NCBI GenBank assembly: GCA_965215165.1
Contig: CBDCCX010000006.1
Location: forward strand, 524,181 to 588,180
Direction: 5' to 3'
Origin: Rhodothermales bacterium
GTDB lineage: Bacteria > Bacteroidota > Rhodothermia > Rhodothermales > JANQRZ01
DNA length: 64,000 nucleotides
The position numbers and the translations under genes were made by a program. A model generated the notes under the pieces. The model saw only the letters and a program-made list of their open reading frames with translations, did not search any database and was not told the origin of the DNA. Position 1 is the first letter of the stretch; each line of letters starts with the position of its first letter. Positions 9,605 to 18,000 of the stretch are shown here, one piece after another.

Positions 9605-10960
9605 ATGTCTAACACACTACGTGTGCTCTTCGTGGCGGCGCTCTTCACCGCGCTCAGCCCGTTCACCCTGGCCCAGAACCGCACGGCGGCTCCCAACCCC
9701 TCCGTCGACCGGGCCATCCCGTCGTCGGTCGAGGTGCTCTCCGAGCGCGGTGGAGCCGACGTCTTCACCACCCGCGCGGCCTTCGTCGGCGAGTGCGGTG
9801 CGAACCTCTCGACCGAGACCTTCGAGGAGGCCAACATCGCCTCGGGCGAGTTCGACGTCGTCGGCGCTCCGCTTCCGCCCGAGGACGGCGTGATCTTCCC
9901 CGCCGGCTCCATCGAGGACGGCCTCACGCTCACCACGACGACCGTCTCCGGCGCCGGCGATGACCTCTTCGTCTCCGGCGAGGGCTTCTTCGGTGCCCCG
10001 TCGGTCCAGGTTGGCAACAACCGGAACACGGACGACTTGTTCGCCAACTTCAGCCCGGCCGTCGACTGCGCCGGCTACGACGTGGACCTCAACAACGCCG
10101 GTACGGCCACGACGATCGAGGCGCGCGACGCCTCGGGCAACGTGCTCGGCTCGGCGATCATCACGGGCTTCGACACGCAGTTCGTCGGGTTCAAGTCGGA
10201 CGGCGCGGCCATCGCCTCGATCGTGGCGCTCGCCTCGGTCTCGGTTGAGTTCGTCGACATCGACAACGTCTCCTTCGGCGACGTCGACGGTGGTGGCGAT
10301 CCCATCGAGATCACCGCAGGCCCGGGCGCACAGTCGGTGGCACGCGGCGGCCGGGCGTCGTTCACCTACATGGTGACCAACAACCTGCCCAACTCCGTCT
10401 CCGGTGTCGTGTTCTACGAGGTCTTCCGCGGCCCCAACCGCGTCGTCGGTCCGGTCCAGGTCCAGACCGGCACCGTGCCGGGCAACTCGAGCACGCCGCA
10501 GCTCACGTTCGGCGTGAATGTGCCGGGCGGTGCCCCGCTCGGTACCTACCGCGTGGCGATCAGCGCGGGTCCGAACACCAGCAACGCCCTCGCTACGGCC
10601 AACGTGAACGTCACGGTGACGGCTGCCCGCGTGGCCGGCTCGGCGACGACGTGGTCGCTCGCGGACGCCGCGCCGTGGCCGACGCTCGAGGCCGCTGCCC
10701 GCACCAGCGAGATCGGGGCCTACCCGAACCCGTTCGCGCGCAGCACCGAGATCGGCTTCTCGCTCGAGCAGGCCGCTAAGGTGTCCCTCACCGTCTACGA
10801 CGTGCGCGGCCGCGAGGTCGCTGTGCTCGCCGACGGCACGATGGAAGCCGGCCAGCACAGCATCACGTTCGACGCGGCGAGCCTGCCGAGTGGCGTCTAC
10901 GTCTACCGTCTGACGACGGGGGCGCAGGTCGAGACCGGCCGGATCACGCTGGTGAAGTAA
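9605..10960 (+). CDS. Secreted protein with Ig-like domain and T9SS type A CTD
   Basis: Signal peptide MSNTLRVLFVAALFTALSPFTLAQ; CTD AYPNPF...YDVRGREVAVL...SGVYVYRL. Confidence 0.85.
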   Translation: MSNTLRVLFVAALFTALSPFTLAQNRTAAPNPSVDRAIPSSVEVLSERGGADVFTTRAAFVGECGANLSTETFEEANIASGEFDVVGAPLPPEDGVIFPAGSIEDGLTLTTTTVSGAGDDLFVSGEGFFGAPSVQVGNNRNTDDLFANFSPAVDCAGYDVDLNNAGTATTIEARDASGNVLGSAIITGFDTQFVGFKSDGAAIASIVALASVSVEFVDIDNVSFGDVDGGGDPIEITAGPGAQSVARGGRASFTYMVTNNLPNSVSGVVFYEVFRGPNRVVGPVQVQTGTVPGNSSTPQLTFGVNVPGGAPLGTYRVAISAGPNTSNALATANVNVTVTAARVAGSATTWSLADAAPWPTLEAAARTSEIGAYPNPFARSTEIGFSLEQAAKVSLTVYDVRGREVAVLADGTMEAGQHSITFDAASLPSGVYVYRLTTGAQVETGRITLVK

Positions 10961-11003
10961 GTGCGGTGTAGCCCCTCCCCACGGAGGGCGCTGCACAGAC
11001 TAG

Positions 11004-11044
11004 GCGGGGGCGGTCCGGCAACGGGTCGCCCCCGCTTTGCGTTT
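11004..11044 (+). terminator. Intrinsic terminator
   Basis: GCGGGGGCGGTCCG[GCAA]CGGGTCGCCCCCGC: 14-bp stem with two G-U pairs, GNRA loop, then TTTGCGTTT. Confidence 0.75.
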
Positions 11045-11065
11045 ACGCTTGGCGTCTAGAGGGGG

Positions 11066-11115
11066 TTGACAACGACGGATCGAATCCGTATCATCGTACA
11101 TCGTAGATATACGAT
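11066..11115 (+). promoter_or_regulatory. Sigma70-type promoter and putative ArsR operator
   Basis: TTGACA (11066-11071), 17 bp, TATCAT (11089-11094); inverted repeat ATCGTA-GATA-TACGAT (11100-11115) plus an extra ATCGTA half-site at 11093-11098. Confidence 0.75.
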
Positions 11116-11122
11116 AATCCGA

Positions 11123-11470
11123 ATGCCCACAGCCACGCCCGGCCCGTTCTCGCGCGCCGACCTCGCCCTCGCGGCGCAGCTCAAGGCGCTCGCCCACCCG
11201 GCCCGCCTCGCCATCCTCCGCACGCTCGCCGAGCGGACGACCTGCCTCTGCGGCGACCTCGTCGAGGTCCTCCCGCTGGCGCAGGCTACCGTCTCGCAGC
11301 ACCTGCGGGCGCTGCGCGAGGCCGGGCTGATCCGGGGCGAGACCGATGGCCCGCGCTCGTGCTACTGCCTCGACCCGGACGCGCTCCGGCGTGTCCACGA
11401 GGCGGTGGAAGCGCTCTTCGGCGGGCTGGACTGCTCGTGCGACGGCTGCTGCGGCTCTCCATCCAACTAA
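11123..11470 (+). CDS. arsR: ArsR/SmtB family metalloregulator
   Basis: LKALAHPARLAIL, CLCGDLVEVLPLAQATVSQHLRALREAGLI; Cys-rich tail CSCDGCC; leads the aquaporin-arsC operon. Confidence 0.92.
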   Translation: MPTATPGPFSRADLALAAQLKALAHPARLAILRTLAERTTCLCGDLVEVLPLAQATVSQHLRALREAGLIRGETDGPRSCYCLDPDALRRVHEAVEALFGGLDCSCDGCCGSPSN

Positions 11471-11484
11471 ACACGAGGTGTGTC

Positions 11485-11553
11485 ATGAACACGCTCCATG
11501 CTTGCTGCGACTGCGATTGCGGCGGCGACGGTTGCTGCTGCTGTGGCTGCTAG
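11485..11553 (+). CDS. Putative 22-aa Cys-rich micropeptide (metallothionein-like)
   Basis: MNTLHACCDCDCGGDGCCCCGC* (9 Cys); GAGGTG at 11475-11480; fills the gap between arsR and the aquaporin. Confidence 0.6.
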   Translation: MNTLHACCDCDCGGDGCCCCGC

Positions 11554-12226
11554 CGAACCGCCGCTCAAGAACCCCCGCCGGGCGCTGATCGCCGAGGGCG
11601 TTGGCACCTTCGCGCTGGTCTTTGCCGGCACCGGGGCCATCGTCGTCGACGCGGCGTTCGGCGGGGTGCTTACGCACGTCGGGGTCGCCCTCACGTTCGG
11701 CCTCGTCGTGATGGCCGTGATCTACGCCGTCGGCGAGGTCTCGGGCGCGCACATCAACCCGGCGGTCACGGTCGGATTCTGGCTGGCGGGGCGGTTCCCC
11801 GGCGGGTACGTCTTGCCCTACGCCCTCGCGCAGACGGCGGGTGCACTCGGTGCGAGTGGGCTGCTGTGGCTGCTCTTCGCCGGACCCGAGACCCTCGGCG
11901 GGACCTACCCGGCCGGTCCGCTCGGGCAGAGCCTCGCGCTGGAGCTCGTGCTCACGTTCTTCCTCGTGTTCGTCATCCTGTGCGTCGCCGTCGGCGCGAA
12001 GGAGCAGGGGCTGATGGCGGGCATCGCCATCGGCGGGACGGTCGCGCTCGAGGCGCTGGTCGGCGGCCCGGTCAGCGGGGCCTCGATGAACCCGGCCCGC
12101 TCGCTCGCGCCCGCACTCGTGGCGGGGGACCTGACGGCGCAGTGGCTCTACGTCGTCGGCCCGCTCGTCGGCGCGGCCCTCGCGGTGGCGGTCTACTTCA
12201 GCGTCTACGGACGCGCTCGCTCCTAA
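11543..12226 (+). CDS. MIP family aquaporin/aquaglyceroporin (ars-associated, AqpS-like)
   Basis: SGAHINPAVT and GASMNPARS NPA motifs, six TM segments; GTG 11543 preferred over ATG 11498 (start uncertain). Confidence 0.9.
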   Translation: MAASEPPLKNPRRALIAEGVGTFALVFAGTGAIVVDAAFGGVLTHVGVALTFGLVVMAVIYAVGEVSGAHINPAVTVGFWLAGRFPGGYVLPYALAQTAGALGASGLLWLLFAGPETLGGTYPAGPLGQSLALELVLTFFLVFVILCVAVGAKEQGLMAGIAIGGTVALEALVGGPVSGASMNPARSLAPALVAGDLTAQWLYVVGPLVGAALAVAVYFSVYGRARS

Positions 12227-12238
12227 CTCCATCGAACC

Positions 12239-12691
12239 ATGCGTACTTCCGAAGCTCCCCCGACCCGTATCCTGGTGCTCTGCACCGGCAACAGCTGCCG
12301 CAGTCAGATGATGGAGGGCTGGCTCCGCCACTTCGCGGGGCCACGCGTCGAGGTCGCGAGCGCCGGGGTCGAGACGCACGGCGTCAACCCGCGCGCGGTC
12401 GCGGTGATGCGCGAGGCCGGGATCGACCTCTCCGGGCACACCTCGAACCACATCGACGAGTATCGGGAGCAGAGGTTCGACGTGGTGATCACCGTGTGCG
12501 ACTCGGCGCGCGAGCGGTGCCCGTGGTTCCCGGCCGAGGCCGAGCGCCTCCACCGCAGCTTCCTCGACCCGGCGCAGACCACCGGCACCGAAGAGGAAAT
12601 CCTCGCCGCCTTCCGCGCCGTCCGCGACGACATCCGCGCGTGGGCTGAGGGATTCGTGGTCGAGCGGACGGGAGGCCCGGTGGGGCGTTAA
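12239..12691 (+). CDS. arsC: Arsenate reductase, LMW-PTPase (thioredoxin-coupled) type
   Basis: P-loop LCTGNSCRSQM plus VITVC and CPWFP redox cysteines. Confidence 0.93.
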   Translation: MRTSEAPPTRILVLCTGNSCRSQMMEGWLRHFAGPRVEVASAGVETHGVNPRAVAVMREAGIDLSGHTSNHIDEYREQRFDVVITVCDSARERCPWFPAEAERLHRSFLDPAQTTGTEEEILAAFRAVRDDIRAWAEGFVVERTGGPVGR

Positions 12692-12765
12692 TGGAAAGGT
12701 AACAAACGGGCTGCGCGGGGCGGGCTAGGTTGCACAGGTCGTTTCTCCTCTAACCTCGCACGCTC

Positions 12766-15081
12766 ATGTCCCGCCTGCTTCGCCTCGCCCTCCTCGTCTG
12801 TTTCGCCACCCCGCTCGCCGCGCAACCGAGCCTCACGCTCGACCTGCTCGGCACCTACGCCACCGGCCTCTTCGACGAAAGCGCGGCCGAGATCGTCGAT
12901 TACGACCCCGCCTCGCAGCGGCTCTTCTTCGTCAACGCCGCCGACGCGACCGTCGTGGCGCTCGACATCGCGGACCCGGCCAGCCCGGTCGAGGCCTTCA
13001 CGATCGACGCCTCCGCGTTCGGCGGTGGGGCCAACAGCGTGGCGGTCCAGAACGGGATCGTGGCCGTGGCCGTGGAGGCGGAGGTGAAGCAGGAGCCGGG
13101 CCAGGTCGTCTTCTTCGACGCGGACGGAAGGCTGCTCGGTGCGGTTCCGGTGGGTGCGCTGCCGGACGGCCTCGCGTTCTCCGCCTCGGGCCGGTATCTC
13201 GTCGTGGCAAACGAGGGCGAGCCGAACGACGACTACACCGTCGACCCCGAGGGTTCCGTCACGGTCATCGACCTGAGCGGCGGGGTGGCGGGCGCGAGCG
13301 TGGCGACGGCGAGCTTCGAGGCCTTCAACGAGGGAGGCCCGCGCTTCGGCGAAATCGCGGCGTCCGGCGTCCGCATCTTTGGTCCCGGCGCGAGCGTGGC
13401 GCAGGACCTCGAGCCGGAGTTCGTCACCGTCGAGGGCGATGAGACGGCCTTCGTGACGCTCCAGGAGAACAACGGCCTGGCCGAGATCGACCTCGCCACA
13501 GCGACCGTCACGTTCGTCTACGGCTTCGGGCTGAAGAACCACAACATCCCCGAGAACGCGCTCGACGCCTCGAACCGCGACGATGGCATCAACATCCGGC
13601 CGTGGCCGGTCGTCGGGCTGTTCCAGCCGGACGCGGTGGCGAGCTACCAGGCCGACGGGCTAACCTATCTCGTGACCGCCAACGAGGGCGACGCGCGCGA
13701 CTACGACGGCTTCAGCGAGGAGGAGCGCGTCGGGGACCTCGACCTCGACCCGGCGGCCTTTCCCGATGCCGCGACGTTGCAGCAGGACGAGAACCTCGGC
13801 CGTCTCAAGATCACCACCACCGAGGGGGACCCCGACGGCGACGGCGACTACGACCGGCTGTTCGCCTACGGCGCGCGCTCGTTCAGCATCTTCCTGCGGG
13901 GCAACGCCCTCGTGCTGCGCCCCGTCTTCGACAGCGGCGACGACTTCGAGCGGATCACCGCCAGCCGCCTGCCGGACTTCTTCAACTCGGACAACGACGA
14001 CAACGACTCGTTCGACAGCCGCAGCGACGACAAGGGGCCGGAGCCGGAAGGCGTCGCCCTCGGCGAGGTCGGCGGCCGGACCTACGCCTTCATCGGCCTC
14101 GAGCGGATCGGCGGGGTGATGGTGTACGACATCACCGACCCCAAGGCCCCGCGCTTCGTGGATTACGTCACCAACCGCGATTTCTCCGGCGACCCGGAGG
14201 CCGGCACGGCGGGCGACCTCGGCCCCGAGGGCCTCCTGTTCGTCCCGGCCGCCGACAGCCCGACCGGGCAGCCGCTGCTCGTCGTCGCCAACGAGGTCAG
14301 CGGGACGGTCTCGATCTACGGCTTGGCGGCAGCCGGCGGCGTGGCGATCGAGATCGTGCCGGACGGGCCGCCCGTCGTGGTTCCGGCGGAGGGTGGCCGC
14401 TTCGCCTTCACGGCCACGCTCACCAACACGACCGGCGAGGCGCAGACCGTCGAGGCGTGGACCGAGGCGACGTTCCCTGACGGCTCGGTCAAGCAGCCCG
14501 ACGGGCGCAACGACCTGCTCGGGCCCGTCGCCGTCACGCTCGCGGCCGGGCAGACGCTCACGCGCTCGCTCGTGCAGGAGGTGCCCGGTTCGATCCCGGC
14601 AGGCGAGTACGTCTACACCGCGCTGCTCGGCGACTTCCCCGACGCGCCGGTCAGCCGCAGCCGCTTCTCGGCGGTGAAACGACCTGGCGAGCGCGGCGCA
14701 CCGACCGTCACAGCGTGGCGCCTCCTCGATGCCGAGACCGGCTCGCCCATCGAGGCCGGGGCGCATTGGAAGGCAGCGGCGGACGCTCCGGCCGCAGCCT
14801 CGGCGGCGGGGGTGCCCTCGGCGTTCGCGCTCTCGGCGGCCTACCCGAACCCGTTCCGGCAGGCAACGGTCCTCACGGTCGACCTGCCCCAACCCTCGGC
14901 GGTGACACTCGCGGTCTACGACGTGCTCGGCCGCCGGGTGGCAGTGCTCGTCGACGGCGCGCTGGAGGCGGGCTCGCACCGCGTCGCCTTCGACGGGCGC
15001 GACCTGCCGAGCGGGGTGTACCTGGTGCGGGCCGAGGCCGAGGGCTTCGCCGCGACGCAGCGCGTGACCCTCGTGCGCTAG
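12766..15081 (+). CDS. Choice-of-anchor I beta-propeller protein with Ig-like domain and T9SS CTD
   Basis: ANEGEP, DLEPE, TLQENN, ANEGDARDY, GARSFSI, RSDDKGPEPEG, GLERIGG, DLGPEG, VANEVSGT; CTD AYPNPF. Confidence 0.88.
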   Translation: MSRLLRLALLVCFATPLAAQPSLTLDLLGTYATGLFDESAAEIVDYDPASQRLFFVNAADATVVALDIADPASPVEAFTIDASAFGGGANSVAVQNGIVAVAVEAEVKQEPGQVVFFDADGRLLGAVPVGALPDGLAFSASGRYLVVANEGEPNDDYTVDPEGSVTVIDLSGGVAGASVATASFEAFNEGGPRFGEIAASGVRIFGPGASVAQDLEPEFVTVEGDETAFVTLQENNGLAEIDLATATVTFVYGFGLKNHNIPENALDASNRDDGINIRPWPVVGLFQPDAVASYQADGLTYLVTANEGDARDYDGFSEEERVGDLDLDPAAFPDAATLQQDENLGRLKITTTEGDPDGDGDYDRLFAYGARSFSIFLRGNALVLRPVFDSGDDFERITASRLPDFFNSDNDDNDSFDSRSDDKGPEPEGVALGEVGGRTYAFIGLERIGGVMVYDITDPKAPRFVDYVTNRDFSGDPEAGTAGDLGPEGLLFVPAADSPTGQPLLVVANEVSGTVSIYGLAAAGGVAIEIVPDGPPVVVPAEGGRFAFTATLTNTTGEAQTVEAWTEATFPDGSVKQPDGRNDLLGPVAVTLAAGQTLTRSLVQEVPGSIPAGEYVYTALLGDFPDAPVSRSRFSAVKRPGERGAPTVTAWRLLDAETGSPIEAGAHWKAAADAPAAASAAGVPSAFALSAAYPNPFRQATVLTVDLPQPSAVTLAVYDVLGRRVAVLVDGALEAGSHRVAFDGRDLPSGVYLVRAEAEGFAATQRVTLVR

Positions 15082-18000
15082 AGACCTGCGCTGGCGGTCT
15101 CGTCGCGCTCCTCTGCGGCCCGGCCGACGAGGCGGCGGAGGAGCGCGCGCCAGCTCGCAAAGTCGGTCTCGTAGCCTAGCCCGGCCCCGTACGCGTCGTA
15201 CGGCGTCGCGCTCAGACCGGTGCCGAGCAGCACGTCGCCCTCGCGCCGGTAGAAGACCTCGAGCGAGACCGAGGGCGTGAGGCGGACCTCGACGGCGACT
15301 TCGCCCTGGAGCTCCTCGCTCACGGGCCGGTCCACCAAGCGCTGGTAGAGGCCCTCGCCCCGGATCACCAGGCGCTCGTCGAGCAGGCGCAGCGCCACGC
15401 CGTAGGTCAGCCCGAGGTCGTCGGCCGTCGCGCCCTGCTGCACGCCGAGGGTCACGTCGAGGTTGTCCGAGGCTAGGGCGTCGCTGAGGAAGAGGTTGAG
15501 CCGCGTCGAGACGAGCTGGGAGAGCGAGGTGAAGAACAGCTCGTCAGCGGCGGTGCGGATGGACTCCGGGGTCTCGGAGGGGGCAAGCAGGAACGAGTTC
15601 GTCAGCAGCACACTCGTGGCGTACTCCGCTTGGCGGTCGGCCTGGTTGAGTTGGCGGCGGAGGGCCTCGGCCCCGGCGATGTCGCGGTTGGTCTCGTCGA
15701 GCGCGATCGAGAGGTCGACGAGCGGGCTCGTGACCTGGCCGCTCACGTCGAGGCCAATCACGAGTGGGACGCGTCGGGACGGATCGACGCCCGGCAGGTC
15801 GAGGCCGGCGAGCGAGGCGCGCGTGCGGTAGGCCGCCGGCAGGTCGAGGCGCGCGTCGATGGGGTCGCCGCTCCAGCGGAGCGTGCCGCCCGGCTCGAGG
15901 CCGAAGCGCCGCGTGAACACGTCGCCGGCCGTGAAGAGGTAGTCGCCGCGCGCCACGTCGAAGGTGCCGAAGGTGCGGAACTCGCCCTCCTGGATGGCGA
16001 GCTGCAGCCGCGCGCTCCCGACCGCCGTGATCTCGTCGCCGACGCTCGGGTCGAAGACGAGGTGGACCGTCGAGCCGGGCGGGGCGACCACGCCGAGGTT
16101 CATCTCGAGGCCGTCGAGAAAGGCGCGCTCCCCCTCGGGCCGCGACGAGATCAGACTCTGCCGCTCCTCCGCCTCGGGAAGGTTGCCGAGCGAGTCGGCA
16201 AAGACGAGGAAGCCCGCGTCGCCGGCCGGCCCGGACGCGGTGACGGGGATGAACATCTCGCTGTCGGGCGTCGTCTGCGCGCCGACGGCCCGGAGAAAGA
16301 CGTTGTCGAGCGGGCCGGTGAGCGTCGCCGAGCCGGTGGCGCGGATGTAGCCGTAGAACGGCAGGTCGCGCGACTGCGGCACGTCGATGATCTCGACCTC
16401 GGCGAGGTCGGCCGCGAGGTCGAGCGAGAAGTACCGGTAGTCGTTAAAGAGCACGTCGCCCCGCACGAGGCCGAGGCCGCCGGCCTTGTCGGTGAGCTGC
16501 ACCGAGCGCAGGTGGAACCCCTCGCGGTCGACCGTCACGCGGCCCTCGGCTTGGAGGGCGAGGCCGAAGGCGGGGACGCGGAACGCGCCCTCGCGCACCG
16601 CAAGGTCGGCCTCGAAGTAGGGGACGCGCGGGGTGCCGGTGATGCGGCCGGTGCCGGCGGCGTAGCCCGTCGTGCCGCTGACGATGGCGGGGAAGAGCCA
16701 GTCGAAGACGAAGAGGTCTAGCCGGTCGAGGTCGAGCGCGAGGTCGAGCGCGCCGGGGTCGCGCGCGCCGCTGTCGGTGGTGCCGGGGAAGCGTACGGTC
16801 CCGGTGATGCCGAGGTCGTTGGCGAGCGAGACGCTGTCGGGCCGCAGGCGGAGGTCGACCGTCACGCCGTCAGTCACGCCCGAGACGCCGGGCACGTAGC
16901 GACTCGTCAGGTCCACGCGCCCGACGCGCCGCCCCGCGAAGGCGAAGGCCTCGGCCGTCGCTGTGCCGACGACCGTCGGCTGCCGGAGCACGCGCGCCAC
17001 GGCCACCTCGGCGTCGAGCCGCCCGCCGAACCGGAGGCGCGGGCCGAGCACCGCCGAGAGCTCGCCGAGGTCGAGCGCGGTGGCGTCGACGTGGAGGCTG
17101 TCCGTGTCGCGCGTCGAGAGCGTGCCGTAGAGCGCGAGGCGAGGCGGGGTCCCGTCGTCCTGCACGCGCTCGAAGGCCAGGTCGTGGAGCTGGATCGCGT
17201 CGGCGTACAGGTTCAGGGTCTGCGGCCCGGTGCTCGCCCACTGCTGCCCTTCGACGTCGGCCTCAACGCGGCGCAGCGTCACGCGCGTGCCCCTGGCACG
17301 CAGGTCGACGCTGGCGTCGAGCGCAAACGGCCCCGCTTCGCCGACGTGTGCGCTCCGCAGGCGCAGTTCGCCGGCCGGGCCGCGCAGTCGGAACGTCGCC
17401 GTGGCATCGGCGAGGCGGCCGATGGGTACCCAGAGCGGGTCGGCGCGCAGGTCCAGGTCGAGCGTGCTCTCGCCGAGGAGCGTCGGCCCGTAGGGGGCCT
17501 CGAAGGCGAGCGACCCGTCGAACGCCCCGGCGCGGAGGCCGGGCACGCGGAGCGAGTCGCCCCACGCCGTCGCCGTGAGCGCGAGCGAGCCGGGCGCGAG
17601 CCGGGCCTCGACGTCGAGCGTGGTGCCGGGCGCGAAGCCGGGCAGGCCGGGCACGAGCGCCCGCAGCGCGGCGGGGTGCCGAATCTCGACTTTCAGCCCC
17701 ATCGCTTGCGGCACCGCTGCGGCTGGCTCGGGCAGGGCGGTAGCAGCGGCGCGCAGGCTGTCCGGTAGGCGGAGGGTCTTGGCGCGCTCGGCCTGCACGG
17801 TCCGCGCCACGGCCTCGGCCCACTGCCCGGCGAGGGCCGCCATGCCCCGAACGTCGAAGTCGCCCGTCGCCTGGAGCGCGGCGAGGTCGCCGTCGAGGTC
17901 GAGCCGGACCTCCGAGCCGGCCGGCCGAAGGCGGAGCGTGGCGTCGTGCGCGGCGATGGGCCGCGCTTCGCCGGCGAGCGTGAGCGAGGACGCCCCGAAG

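Noticed and set aside
11498-11542. Aquaporin N-terminal extension from ATG 11498
   Set aside because: Low-complexity Ala run that is the alternate frame of the Cys peptide; GTG 11543 gives a normal MIP N-terminus. Not proven
12766-15081. Choice-of-anchor I gene as part of the ars operon
   Set aside because: It has its own TAGGTT -10-like element in the 74-bp gap, and only adjacency links it to arsenic
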